Assembly: GCA_022822785.1 (NCBI GenBank) | Contig: JAJEAL010000080.1 | Location: 448 to 64,447, forward strand | Direction of reading: 5' to 3' | Length of the DNA stretch: 64,000 nt | Source of the DNA: Candidatus Poribacteria bacterium | Lineage (GTDB): Bacteria > Poribacteria > WGA-4E > PCPOR2b | Part shown: positions 37,726 to 48,038 of the stretch, in pieces | Layout of the letters: the number at the start of each line of letters is the position of its first letter | Numbering within the stretch: the stretch's first letter is position 1 | The notes under the pieces: model-generated | Seen by the model: only the letters and a program-made list of their open reading frames with translations | Told to the model about the DNA's origin: nothing | The model's database searches: none | Translations under genes and position numbers: made by a program

Positions 37726-38967
37726 ATGGCAGCAGATGAAATTATTGTTGGTCTGGATATCGGTACCAGCAAAATTGCTGCAATTATCGGAAATACTTGG
37801 CAGGGGGATCTGGAAAAGATTGAAATCATAGGTGTTGGCACTGCTCCTTCTGAAGGATTACGGAAGGGAGTTGTCGTTGATATTGACCTGACGACAACAG
37901 CGATTCGTCAGGTTGTTGAAACCGCTGAGCTCATGGCGGGTGTACAGATTGGATCCGTATATGCAGGCATCGCGGGAGGACATATCACCGGACAAACTTC
38001 TCACGGCCTTGTTGCCGTTTCAGGAGAAGGACACGAGATTACCCAATCCGATGTGGAACGCGCAATTAACGCTGCTCAGGCAATGAAGATTCCTGTTGAA
38101 CGGGAGATACTGCACGTGATTCCACAAGGCTTTATTGTTGACGAGCAAGGGGACATTAAAGATCCTGTAGGTATGTCTGGAGTGCGTCTTGAAGCTTATG
38201 TGCATATTATCACCGGTGCTGTTGCATCGGCCCAAAATCTTGTCAAGAGTATCTACAATGCAGGAATTTCTGTTGAAGACATTATTTTGGAGCCTATTGC
38301 TTCCGCCGAGGCAGTCTTAACAACTGAGGAGAAGACGGCGGGCGTTGTTCTTGCCGATTTGGGAGGCGGAACGATAGATGTCGTGGTTTACAAGAATGGT
38401 ACGCTCCATCATTCTGCAGTGCTTTCGCTTGGCGGTCACCATATCACCAATGATATCGCGCAACTGTTGAAGATGACCCCGCAAGATGCCGACAAGATTA
38501 AATTGCGCTACGGGTGTGCGTCGGTTGACTTTGTAGATCAGAATGATGCCATTCCAATTTCCACGGTTGGTGGGCCACGCAAACCACGTTTCATTACTCG
38601 GCGAGATTTGGCAGAAATCATTCAATGTCGTATTGACGAGTTTTTAAGTCTAATCGGTCAGGAAATTTACAACTGTAACCTGAATATTCCGGCTGGGGTC
38701 GTACTTACCGGTGGCACTGCGCTTCTTGATGGACTGCTTGAATCAGCCGAACACGCTTTCCCATGTCCAGTGCGGGTCGGCTATCCCTGTCCACTGAAAG
38801 GATTAACCGAGAAAATACACAGTCCAATTTATGCAACAGGTGTTGGGCTCGTTCTTGCCGGCGCGATGGAACATCATCGTGCCCCCAAAAGGACATTTAT
38901 TAAGGGGACAAACCTATTCGATCAGATTTTTAAACGGATGAAGCATTGGTTTCAGGATTGGCTGTAA
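37726..38967 (+). CDS. ftsA: cell division protein FtsA
   Basis: IIVGLDIGTSKIAAIIG ... DLGGGTIDVVVYKNG ... an actin-like fold. The start is chosen at MAADE, preceded by ggagggca. Confidence 0.9.
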   Translation: MAADEIIVGLDIGTSKIAAIIGNTWQGDLEKIEIIGVGTAPSEGLRKGVVVDIDLTTTAIRQVVETAELMAGVQIGSVYAGIAGGHITGQTSHGLVAVSGEGHEITQSDVERAINAAQAMKIPVEREILHVIPQGFIVDEQGDIKDPVGMSGVRLEAYVHIITGAVASAQNLVKSIYNAGISVEDIILEPIASAEAVLTTEEKTAGVVLADLGGGTIDVVVYKNGTLHHSAVLSLGGHHITNDIAQLLKMTPQDADKIKLRYGCASVDFVDQNDAIPISTVGGPRKPRFITRRDLAEIIQCRIDEFLSLIGQEIYNCNLNIPAGVVLTGGTALLDGLLESAEHAFPCPVRVGYPCPLKGLTEKIHSPIYATGVGLVLAGAMEHHRAPKRTFIKGTNLFDQIFKRMKHWFQDWL

Positions 38968-39464
38968 CGACAATCTCCGGTTGAGATTTTGTAGTATCTG
39001 CCAAGAGTATTAACTTTAATTTAACAGTTTTCTATAGTCCAAAAATAGTGTATGGATCCAGATGTTTCGTGGATTTCCCTAAAAAATAAAAATTTAGAAG
39101 CATCGGTCCCCTAGATGAGGCCAAAAGTGCCAAGCTCCTGCCGATTCCGACTTAATCGAAAATTCCGTTCCGATGGAATTGAGGTTGTCCTTTATTAAGT
39201 GGGGAAGGAGCTTCTAATTTTAAAAGAGTACACGTCGGTGTGAGTCTCGAATCAACCCAACGGTCTCTCGCTATATGAGAGCCAAATTCTCACAAGTGCA
39301 AGAGAGATTAATTCTCACACATCACATTCAGACTTTTTGGTGTGCAGGGCGGAGTTTAGAGCTGGTCGACGTTTAGGTCCTTTGTATTAATGTCTTGACA
39401 TTCGGTGTGCGTAAGACAATGGAGGGATTAGGCTACCCCATCAGCGGGGGCGTAGCTGAAAATC
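38968..39464 (+). promoter_or_regulatory. long (about 500 bp) ftsA-ftsZ intergenic/leader region with dyad and direct repeats
   Basis: It contains ctctc-gctatat-gagag, two copies of aattctcaca about 20 nt apart, and ttgaca at about 39395-39400 with no clear -10. Confidence 0.35.
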
Positions 39465-40727
39465 ATGAATGATAATGTAATTGAATTTGTTGAACAGGAT
39501 GAATTTTCAAATGTCGCTCGTATTAAAGTCATTGGCGTTGGTGGCGGTGGCAGCAACGCTGTCAGGCGCATGATTGAGGCTGAACTGGCGGGTGTGGAAT
39601 TCTACGTGGTCAATACCGATGTGCAGGCGCTAAGAGTGTGTCATAATGCAACCCGAGTACAAATTGGCGAAAATACGACAAACGGGCTTGGTGCCGGGGC
39701 AAACCCGGAGGCGGGACGTAAGGCGGCTGAAGAGAGCAAAGAGAACCTCCGAAGTATTGTCGAAGATGCAGACATGGTGTTTGTTACGGCGGGAATGGGC
39801 GGCGGGACCGGCACAGGTGCGGCTCCTATTATTGCGGGTCTTGCTAAGGAAACCGAGGCGTTGACAATTGGGGTCGTTACCCGTCCTTTTACCTTTGAAG
39901 GAAGACAGCGCGCTACCCAGGCAGAAGCAGGCGTGAATGAGATGCGTGAGAATACGGATTCCGTTATCGTTATTCCGAACCAACGTCTTATGGAGGCAGC
40001 GGATCGGAATCTGCCGATAAAAATGGGGTTCCGGATGGGAGACGAAATCTTACTACACGCTGTCCAGAGCATTTCCGACCTGATCATGGTGCCTGGGGAA
40101 ATTAATCTTGACTTTGCTGATGTCAAGACGATTATGTCTAACGCGGGCGGTGCGTTGATGGGAATTGGTTTAGGAACCGGTGATAATCGTGCCGAAGGGG
40201 CAGCAAAACGTGCTATTCTCTCACCGCTATTGGAAGAAAACTCCATTGAAGGCGCAACAGGAATTATCGTGAATATCACGGGACCAAGCGACATGGCGAT
40301 GCACGAGTTGGAAGATGCCATGGAGGTGATTAGAGAGGCCTCAGATACGGAGCAGGTCATTTTTGGGCTTGCTTATGACGACAGCTTGGAAGATGAACTG
40401 CGCGTGACTGTAATCGCAACAGGATTTGATCCACAATCTCGGACCAGAAGGCAGACCGCAGGTCAGGGTGACATTGTGAATCTGGAAGAATTTTTGGGAC
40501 GTAATTTCCCTGGCATTGACACGCGGAATGTACGTCCTTCGGGAAATTCGACACAAACCACCCGCACTCCCAAACGACAGGATCAAGGTTCATCTGGGAC
40601 GGGCTCAGGTGTGAGGTCGAATCAATCTTCAGGGGAGGTAGTTAAACCTGAAGTTGCACGGGATGATGATGACCTCTGGGATATCCCGGCGTTTTGGCGA
40701 GTTCGCAATCAGAAAAACAGAAAATAG
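39465..40727 (+). CDS. ftsZ: cell division GTPase FtsZ
   Basis: IKVIGVGGGGSNAV ... VTAGMGGGTGTGAAPI ... a C-terminal Ser/Gly/Gln-rich linker and the terminal peptide DDDDLWDIPAFWR. Confidence 0.95.
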   Translation: MNDNVIEFVEQDEFSNVARIKVIGVGGGGSNAVRRMIEAELAGVEFYVVNTDVQALRVCHNATRVQIGENTTNGLGAGANPEAGRKAAEESKENLRSIVEDADMVFVTAGMGGGTGTGAAPIIAGLAKETEALTIGVVTRPFTFEGRQRATQAEAGVNEMRENTDSVIVIPNQRLMEAADRNLPIKMGFRMGDEILLHAVQSISDLIMVPGEINLDFADVKTIMSNAGGALMGIGLGTGDNRAEGAAKRAILSPLLEENSIEGATGIIVNITGPSDMAMHELEDAMEVIREASDTEQVIFGLAYDDSLEDELRVTVIATGFDPQSRTRRQTAGQGDIVNLEEFLGRNFPGIDTRNVRPSGNSTQTTRTPKRQDQGSSGTGSGVRSNQSSGEVVKPEVARDDDDLWDIPAFWRVRNQKNRK

Positions 40728-40749
40728 TTCGGTCTCCACCAAAATTCCT

Positions 40750-42480
40750 ATGCAACGAGTTTTACGTCAAACATACCAGGAACTGCTCAAGGCAGAGCAC
40801 CGCCCAGCCTTCAATTTTAGAAAAGACAACCGGTTTGCGCTAATCTATCCGGGTGCCTATACTCTCGGTATGTCGAGCCTCGGACTTCAAGTAATCTACT
40901 CGCTCCTCAATCAACGTGAGGACACCTCCTGCGAACGTGTATTTCTTCCTGAACCGCAGATGGTGCGTCAACTCGATGACCGCCGGACCACGTTATTTTC
41001 CTTTGAAACACAAACCCCACTCAATCAGTTTGATTTGCTCGGGTTTTCCGTCTCATTTGAATCGGATTATATCAATATTCCGACCACGCTTCAGATGGCA
41101 CGGCTTGAACCGCTGGCTGTTGATAGAGAAGATACCGATCCACTCGTTATTGCTGGCGGTATCAATATCTCCTACAATCCCGAACCTATTGCCGATTTCA
41201 TTGATGTTTTCGTCGTCGGTGAAGCCGAGATAACCATCCATAATCTGATGGATATCTTTGGGGAGTGGAAGGCGTCAGGTGCATCTAAAATGGATCTGCT
41301 GTGTGAGCTTGCAACAGTGCCCGGTCTATACGTCCCACGGTTTTATGAGGTCGATTATAGTGACGAGGGTGGCATCAAAGAGATGCGCGCAAAATCACCC
41401 GCACCGGCGCGCATCCATTCTGCTGCGATACCGAATCTTGATGATGCCGAAACTTGCACGAAAATCTTTACTCCAAACACGGAGTTTTCTAACGCGCATC
41501 TGATTGAAATTGTGCGCGGTTGTGGTCGTCAATGCCGTTTTTGTGTGGCTGACTATGCTCGGCGGTGGCCGAGGCATCGGTCGGTGGAAAGTACGCTCCA
41601 CCTCGCCGAACGAGCCCGTGGCATCACAGATCGAATCGGTTTGGTGGGTGCCTCAATTTCGGACCACCCGGATATTGATGAGATTGCTACAGGATTGGTG
41701 GAGAGAGGCTTCCGGATTTCGTGCGCTTCCCTCCGGGCAGAAACGGTTCGTACCCCCTTGCTTGACGCGCTTGCTGACAGCGAACAAGGCACGATTACGA
41801 TTGCGCCGGAAGTCGCTACCGAAAATCTGCAAAAGGTTGTCAACAAAGCGATTCCGCGGCAGCGTCTGTACCATGTCCTCGAAGAAGCTGTTAAACGGGA
41901 TATCCTGAACCTTCGCCTGTACTTCCTGATTGGTGTTCCCTACGAAACCTCCGCTGACGTTGAAGCTATTGTTGACATGGCGAAGGAGATGCGCTCTATT
42001 ATTCTGCCTTATGCAAAAAAATCTGGACGGATGGCACAAATCAGCTTCACCATTTCGCCGATGGTTCCCAAACCTCACACTCCCTTCCAGTGGGTAGCTA
42101 TGGAAGATCCGAAGACAATCTCTCGCAAACTTAATTTTCTGAAAAAAGAGATGGGGCGTATCGGTGGGATGAAAGTCTCCTCAGCCAGTGCTCGACTTGC
42201 GTATCAAGAAGCGGTCTTTGCCAGAGGAGACCGACGATTGAGTAGAGTTATCGTAGACCTCGCCAGCGGGATGTCGTGGAAACCCGCTTTCCGCAAACAT
42301 CGTTTGGATCCCGATTTTTATGCGCTGCGTCCGCGGTCTATCGGCGAGTTCAATCCGTGGGATCACCTTGACCTAAATGTCAAGCCGGAGTTCCTGCGTC
42401 TCGAACACAATAAGCACGAAAAACGGTTCATGACAAGTCCGTGCGATACTACCGTTTGTAAGAAGTGTGGCGCGTGCTAA
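40750..42480 (+). CDS. B12-binding-domain radical SAM protein (TIGR03960-like) immediately downstream of ftsZ
   Basis: An N-terminal B12-binding-like region (FALIYPGAYTLGMSSLG) and a radical SAM core (IEIVRGCGRQCRFCVADY, CX3CX2C). About 577 aa from the start chosen at MQRVLRQ, 22 nt after the ftsZ stop. The ORF track starts at 40654. Confidence 0.65.
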   Translation: MQRVLRQTYQELLKAEHRPAFNFRKDNRFALIYPGAYTLGMSSLGLQVIYSLLNQREDTSCERVFLPEPQMVRQLDDRRTTLFSFETQTPLNQFDLLGFSVSFESDYINIPTTLQMARLEPLAVDREDTDPLVIAGGINISYNPEPIADFIDVFVVGEAEITIHNLMDIFGEWKASGASKMDLLCELATVPGLYVPRFYEVDYSDEGGIKEMRAKSPAPARIHSAAIPNLDDAETCTKIFTPNTEFSNAHLIEIVRGCGRQCRFCVADYARRWPRHRSVESTLHLAERARGITDRIGLVGASISDHPDIDEIATGLVERGFRISCASLRAETVRTPLLDALADSEQGTITIAPEVATENLQKVVNKAIPRQRLYHVLEEAVKRDILNLRLYFLIGVPYETSADVEAIVDMAKEMRSIILPYAKKSGRMAQISFTISPMVPKPHTPFQWVAMEDPKTISRKLNFLKKEMGRIGGMKVSSASARLAYQEAVFARGDRRLSRVIVDLASGMSWKPAFRKHRLDPDFYALRPRSIGEFNPWDHLDLNVKPEFLRLEHNKHEKRFMTSPCDTTVCKKCGAC

Positions 42481-42538
42481 GCACAGTATGAAAACTGCTC
42501 CTGCCTTCGTCAATACACCTTAGCTTTTACCGTTCCGG

Positions 42539-43054
42539 CTACTCACTCAATGATTTCCGCATTAACTGTCCCCGTGCAACGTAGCCTTCCCTTCCAAGTT
42601 GGACACGCTCTAAATCCGCTGGAGTTACGTCTCGTTTAACCTGCGCCGGAAGCCCCATTGCCAATGTCTCTGGTGGAATCTCCTGTCCTTCTCGCACAAC
42701 TGCACCTGCAGCGATAATTGCTCGTTCTCCAATCTTAGCGCCTGTCAGGATTGTAGCTCCCATCGAAATCATTGCACCATCGCCAACGGTGCACCCATGA
42801 ACGATTGCTCCGTGGCCGATTGTGACATCGTTTCCAATCACACAGGGAAAGCCCGGATCGAGATGCACAACTGTGCCATCTTGGATGTTCGTGCGGTCCC
42901 CAACCTCAATGTATTCCAAATCGCCGCGCAGGACACAATTAAACCAAATACTCGATTCTTCACCAACGGTAACAGCACCAATAATCATCGCACCCGGTGC
43001 GATGAAGGCGGACGGGTGAATTTGCGGTAATATATCTTTATAAGGTATCTGCAT
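42539..43054 (-). CDS. gamma-class carbonic anhydrase family hexapeptide protein (YrdA/PaaY/CaiE-like)
   Basis: IHPSAFIAPGAMIIGAVTVGEESSIWFNCVLRGD ... VIGNDVTIGHGAIVHGCTVG. The start is chosen at MQIPYKD; the ORF track runs to 43168. Confidence 0.75.
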   Translation of the reverse strand: MQIPYKDILPQIHPSAFIAPGAMIIGAVTVGEESSIWFNCVLRGDLEYIEVGDRTNIQDGTVVHLDPGFPCVIGNDVTIGHGAIVHGCTVGDGAMISMGATILTGAKIGERAIIAAGAVVREGQEIPPETLAMGLPAQVKRDVTPADLERVQLGREGYVARGQLMRKSLSE

Positions 43055-43251
43055 TGCTCCTCCAAATCTGATTGATATGCGACTGTTACTATTCTGCTTA
43101 CAAGCCGTGTTGATAGATATGAATTTTATCAGCTCCCGAACCGCCGGACAAGCAAATCTCTGAAGCAAACTTACAAATTGACAGCAGATGTTCGCCGTGC
43201 TACAATTTCAAACAAGCTATTTCCTAAACCTTCCTAAATCAGGAGAAAGAT

Positions 43252-43998
43252 ATGGAGTTAACAAATAAAGTCGCTGTAATTACCGGAGGCGCAACGGGAA
43301 TCGGGGCAGCATCGGCGATTCTCTATGCGCGTGCGGGGGCGAAGGTTGTCGTCGGTGATATAAACGTCGAAGGCGGCGAACAAACTGTGGCGACCATTCA
43401 ATCTGAAGGCGGTGTCGCCCAATTTGTCCGAACCGATGTCAATTCAGCATCCGAGGTGGCCAATCTAATACAAACGACAGATGAAGCCTTCGGTCAGCTT
43501 GATGTACTGCTAACCTCCGCAGGTATCTTGAGCGGTCCTAGCGTTCGGGTAGATGAATTTGAGCTGGCGGTGTTTGAGTCAGTTATTGACACAAACCTCA
43601 GGGGCACCTTTCTATCGGTTAAACACGCTGTGCCAATCATGCAACGAAGTGGCGGCGGCGTGATTCTATGCATCGCTTCCGGTGCCGGTGTGCGCGGCGG
43701 CAGCTCATCGGTGGCTTACGGTTCAAGCAAGGGCGGTGTCAACGGACTGGTGCTGACCATTACACCACAACTTGCACCGCTCAATATCCGTGTCCACACA
43801 ATCTGTCCCGGCAGTATCGCCACCCCGCTGAAACTCCGACAGATTGCAGAATCCGCTGAACGAGCAGGACACTCCCCGGAAGAAGCAGTGGACAATGCCC
43901 GCAGATCGTTAGGTGAGCCGGAAGGCGTTGCGCGTGTACTAACATTCCTCGCCTCTGATGATGCCTCGTATGTTCGGGGCACCATTTCCACACGGTAA
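43252..43998 (+). CDS. SDR-family short-chain dehydrogenase/reductase
   Basis: VAVITGGATGIGAA ... SGAG ... YGSSKGG. 248 aa. Confidence 0.85.
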   Translation: MELTNKVAVITGGATGIGAASAILYARAGAKVVVGDINVEGGEQTVATIQSEGGVAQFVRTDVNSASEVANLIQTTDEAFGQLDVLLTSAGILSGPSVRVDEFELAVFESVIDTNLRGTFLSVKHAVPIMQRSGGGVILCIASGAGVRGGSSSVAYGSSKGGVNGLVLTITPQLAPLNIRVHTICPGSIATPLKLRQIAESAERAGHSPEEAVDNARRSLGEPEGVARVLTFLASDDASYVRGTISTR

Positions 43999-44007
43999 AC
44001 AGTCTGT

Positions 44008-44958
44008 TTAATACCCTTTTTCCTTATCCGCTACGTTGATTAATGGCTCCTCTCTGACATAGCGGTGCAGGTTATCGACGAATAGACGCATCGTACGCGC
44101 TGCAATATGTTGAGATGATCCTGCGCTATGTGCGGTCAAGATAACATTTGGTTCTGTCCATAAGGGACTTTCTGGCGGGCATGGCTCCGTATAGGTGACA
44201 TCCAATCCCGCACCAGCGAGCTTACCACTACGGAGTGCATCGACCAAAGCGTCCTCGTCAACTACTTTGCCGCGGCTGATATTGACCAAGTGGCTCCCAT
44301 CCTGCATCGCGTTAAATTGCTCGTGCGACAGGAGTTTATGCGTCTCCGGCGTGATTGGACAGCAGACTACGACCACGTTGGATTTTGCCATAAACTCCAG
44401 CAGCCAATCTAGTTTTCCAAGTTCGGTAACACTCTCTGGCTTCTCCATTGGCTCTGGATCAACCGCAATCACATCAAACTCGAAGGCTTTCGCGCGTGTA
44501 GCAATGGCGCGACCAATGCCACCAAGCCCCAAAATACCCATCGTCATTCCCGCCAATTCGATGCAGGGGACTTTTTCCCACCGCTTGTCCTTCATAAATT
44601 CGTGCTGTGTTACGATGCGGCGGGTAAGCGAAAGCAGCAGAGCAAATGCGTGTTCTGCAATCTGTGAACCGTGCATCCGTCGGCAATTGGTCAGTATAAT
44701 ATCGCTATCTTTGAACGCAGGATACATCATCCCCTCGACACCCGCAGAAACGACCTGCACCCAACGCAAGGACTTGGCTTTGGCGAGATCTGCTTCACCG
44801 ATATGTCCGTAGATGATGTCAACATCGGCAACGTGATCGCCAAGAGCCTCGCCCTGTGGCAAAAAGCACATCTCTACTTCAGGTGGCGCCTCTTTACTTA
44901 TCGCTTCAACCTCTGGACTGTATCGTCCTGCAATCAAGGCTTTGTATTTTGCCATTGT
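44008..44958 (-). CDS. D-isomer-specific 2-hydroxyacid dehydrogenase family, NAD-binding
   Basis: GILGLGGIGRAIATRA ... VNISRG ... AGLDV ... HSAG. The start is chosen at MAKYKALIAG; the ORF track runs to 45039. Confidence 0.8.
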   Translation of the reverse strand, partial: TMAKYKALIAGRYSPEVEAISKEAPPEVEMCFLPQGEALGDHVADVDIIYGHIGEADLAKAKSLRWVQVVSAGVEGMMYPAFKDSDIILTNCRRMHGSQIAEHAFALLLSLTRRIVTQHEFMKDKRWEKVPCIELAGMTMGILGLGGIGRAIATRAKAFEFDVIAVDPEPMEKPESVTELGKLDWLLEFMAKSNVVVVCCPITPETHKLLSHEQFNAMQDGSHLVNISRGKVVDEDALVDALRSGKLAGAGLDVTYTEPCPPESPLWTEPNVILTAHSAGSSQHIAARTMRLFVDNLHRYVREEPLINVADKEKGY

Positions 44959-45169
44959 AGATCCCTTTCTGATAATTAGGATAAGCCAAGTTGATGGTAG
45001 TAAGTATATCGCTTTGAGTCCTGACTCGCGGTTCTCCATATCAAGTTTCTATAATATCATGCTATAGATAGAACCGACAATAACTGTTCATGTAATTGCA
45101 GCCAGTTTTCCGAAGGTGAAAAGTCTAATAGACTGTTCTAATCTCCGACACCCATCTGTTGCTATTGCT

Positions 45170-47122
45170 TCATACCCAAAAACCATAAGTCGACATCCCT
45201 GCTAGAATGCCGACAAGTGTCCAGAGGCTACCCACTGTGAATTCACCGAGGATAAGTCCCAAAAAAAAAGGGGCAACGCGACGATGCAGCCCGATGCCGC
45301 CGTGTCGTAACAGCAGCCACTTGATGAGCCAACTGACAAAAAGGCAACTCCATGTCACCCGCATTCCCCAACTTGTCGAAATTGCAAAACCCGCGGGATG
45401 GAAGGGCCACCACACAAATCGCATGCGAAAGAGCATTAGGAAGCTAGCAATGATAAAACCGCAGGCCATGAAACCACTTTCGGCAACTAATGTGTCTGTC
45501 GGTGTACTTAGCCAACGGTCTAGCCGTCGATACGGCTCGATGCCGAACGCACTCAACGAGGGGCTATAGGCACGAGCTTCCATACCTAGTTGGTATCCAC
45601 GGTCAATCAGTGCCCAAAAGCCGGCGAGTGAGCCGAGGAGAGCAGCGAGCATCAGCGCAAGTATAAAATGCCGCAGATTCATCCGAGTCCGCTCCGCCAT
45701 CTTGAGCCCCTCGAGCTGATGCGGCATCGGGTGGCTGCGATAAGCACGGTTAATGAACCAGAACATCGAAAACATAACCAAGTTCCCGCGTCCCAGCGTT
45801 CGTGTGCCGACGGTTCGTGTGAGAATCTCGTCGGGACCGGAATAGTGCAGGTCATGGACAGGCGTTCCCAACTCTGCTCGCATGCGGGTGATAGCAATGG
45901 AGATAGCATAATAGATGACAAAGAAACTGACAGTGATAGGCACCGTTGCGCCCCCGCGATAACAGAAACAGACAAGGAACACCATCACACCGATTAGTCC
46001 CAACACCGCTGTGCGATACCTCATCGGCTCATTCAAGTCGTCGAGATTCTCCGCTCCCCGGAACGCTTTTCTGATGACCGCTATCAAATGCCTTCGGCTT
46101 GCCCAAAGTGCAATGACAGCAAGTGCGATGTAGCCACCCGATGCTTGTTCTCTCATGTAGGGAAAGTTCGGCAGACTTTGCAAGCCCATTGCGGCACCAG
46201 CAACACGCATCAGCCGCCAGAACCAGAAGAAAAACCAGCACGAAAACGATAGGTCAAGTGGGATGAAAAATCCGAGTCCAATAGCAAATGGGTAGAATGA
46301 GAGTGGGATGCGTCCCATGGCGTTCCACGGGCTATCAGTGAAAAGCTGGAAGCTCTGAATCCGTGTCCGAAGTTCAGGGATGACGGGAAAGATGACGTGC
46401 ACCCCGTTCAGCAGTGCCAACGCTCCTGCAATAGCAAATCCCATCCACATCACCCGGTTCCGAAAGAACGCTTGCCGTTGCGTTTCCGTCATCTGGAGTG
46501 GGAGTTGGATAATCGGGTAGCTAAGTTTCTCATGCTCAATCCACCGCTTACGGACAATGACGTTGACGCAGAACATCCCGAAGACAAGTACAAAGATAAA
46601 CGTTGTCCACCAGAGGACAGGAGATGCCCAACCAATCAACTGCTCAGGGGTATAGAGGTTCACCTCTCCTTCGTAATATCCCCGTGCAACCTTGCTATTG
46701 CTGACCGTCAGCCACTCCGGGAGGTATGGCAAGAATAGTTCGCGCCATTCGTTCTCCGGTGTCGCAAAACGAAAGGCGTGCCCCAACATCGGCACGAGGA
46801 TTTCGAGCATATCGTGCCCCGTGATGCCGGACGCAATAGAGAGCATCAGGTAGATGATAATCAGCTCTCCCTGATTCAATGCAGAACGAGGTGAAAACCA
46901 CTTGACAAACTGATTGACACCGACAATCACAAAAAGGGTGAAAACAACGTTAAAAAACAGGGAGATAGTGACCGGATGACCGGAATACCGAATTACCTCC
47001 ATTTCGATGACCCAATAACAGTTGATTGGGATGAGAACGCAGGCGATGAAAAGGGATTTGACGGTAACACCTTCAACCGGCTGCTGCTCTATTTTTGAGC
47101 GGAGCGAATCTGTTGTTGCCAT
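45170..47122 (-). CDS. large polytopic membrane protein of unknown function (at least 12 predicted TM segments)
   Basis: 650 aa, rich in W/F/L hydrophobic segments throughout. I recognise no catalytic motif. It is adjacent to the PhyH-rich island. Confidence 0.6.
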   Translation of the reverse strand: MATTDSLRSKIEQQPVEGVTVKSLFIACVLIPINCYWVIEMEVIRYSGHPVTISLFFNVVFTLFVIVGVNQFVKWFSPRSALNQGELIIIYLMLSIASGITGHDMLEILVPMLGHAFRFATPENEWRELFLPYLPEWLTVSNSKVARGYYEGEVNLYTPEQLIGWASPVLWWTTFIFVLVFGMFCVNVIVRKRWIEHEKLSYPIIQLPLQMTETQRQAFFRNRVMWMGFAIAGALALLNGVHVIFPVIPELRTRIQSFQLFTDSPWNAMGRIPLSFYPFAIGLGFFIPLDLSFSCWFFFWFWRLMRVAGAAMGLQSLPNFPYMREQASGGYIALAVIALWASRRHLIAVIRKAFRGAENLDDLNEPMRYRTAVLGLIGVMVFLVCFCYRGGATVPITVSFFVIYYAISIAITRMRAELGTPVHDLHYSGPDEILTRTVGTRTLGRGNLVMFSMFWFINRAYRSHPMPHQLEGLKMAERTRMNLRHFILALMLAALLGSLAGFWALIDRGYQLGMEARAYSPSLSAFGIEPYRRLDRWLSTPTDTLVAESGFMACGFIIASFLMLFRMRFVWWPFHPAGFAISTSWGMRVTWSCLFVSWLIKWLLLRHGGIGLHRRVAPFFLGLILGEFTVGSLWTLVGILAGMSTYGFWV

Positions 47123-47194
47123 GCAGGATATAGGTTATATTACACAAGGTGGGATTTTCTAGGGACTTTGCTTGTGCACGCGCTGCCAATCTTT

Positions 47195-47998
47195 CTACCC
47201 TTTCGTTTCCGAAGCGGTCCAGACACCATTCGGAGCGAGTGCCAACGCCTGCTCAAGATGCACCATTCGCTCCGGTCCCGCCGTTTCTACCATTTTATCC
47301 CCATAGACCTTTCCCTTCCCAAAACCCGACACAAGATCAAGCTCCTTGTGCAGTAAGTCTATCTCATCTTCTTTGTATCGATAGCCACAGTTAATTGTGA
47401 ACATACGCCTTTGGGTCCCGCCGCCCCAAGAGCTATGCTTCAAACCTTGATTAAACACAACAAGGTCCCCTGGCTGCGATTCGAGTGCAACCGCGGGTAC
47501 TGAAGGGCCATCAAGCGCGTAAGTCTCTTCCAAGCTAGAGATGTTCTGTTGTACCGTTTCGGCGTATAGCTCCCCATATCTGTGGCTACCGGGGATAAAA
47601 CGCACTGCCCCGGTATTAGCGGTCAATGGGTCAAGATAAAACGCCATCTTATAGAAACGGATGGGACGGGGCCAACCGCCATCAGAATGCCAACCAGTAT
47701 CCCCACTGTAGAAATTGCCGTCACTCCCCAGATAGGTGTAATCTTCTCCGAGCAGGCTGGCGAAGATGCCATCAATTCGGTCATCGTCGAGAAGCGAACT
47801 GAGGTATTCGCTCTGACCGATAAACGGTACGATGTATGTGCGGTGCGTTTCGGGGTGATCTACGTTCAGGTCAACCCAGACCTGTTCAAATGCTTCAATA
47901 ATCTGATCGATGCAGTCATTGAGAAAACCGGGGAGATGGAGATAGCCGAATGTGTCCATATAACGGAGTTGCTCTGGTGTGAGTCGGAACTTTGACAT
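47195..47998 (-). CDS. PhyH-family Fe(II)/2OG dioxygenase
   Basis: FGYLHLPGFL ... GWHSDGGW ... FIPGSHRYG. The start is chosen at MSKFRLTPEQ; the ORF track runs to 48079. Confidence 0.7.
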   Translation of the reverse strand: MSKFRLTPEQLRYMDTFGYLHLPGFLNDCIDQIIEAFEQVWVDLNVDHPETHRTYIVPFIGQSEYLSSLLDDDRIDGIFASLLGEDYTYLGSDGNFYSGDTGWHSDGGWPRPIRFYKMAFYLDPLTANTGAVRFIPGSHRYGELYAETVQQNISSLEETYALDGPSVPAVALESQPGDLVVFNQGLKHSSWGGGTQRRMFTINCGYRYKEDEIDLLHKELDLVSGFGKGKVYGDKMVETAGPERMVHLEQALALAPNGVWTASETKG

Positions 47999-48038
47999 GA
48001 GATGTCTCCTTTGACTTAAGGTTTGACTTGCTAAAGGA

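Noticed and set aside
39641-40360. 239-aa and 117-aa minus-strand ORFs inside ftsZ
   Set aside because: They are antisense to the unmistakable ftsZ coding frame, an artefact of a GC-rich region with open alternative frames.
44195-44812. 205-aa plus-strand ORF inside the 2-hydroxyacid dehydrogenase gene
   Set aside because: It is antisense to a well-supported dehydrogenase frame. Its Ser/Thr/Pro-rich, low-complexity translation is typical of a shadow ORF.
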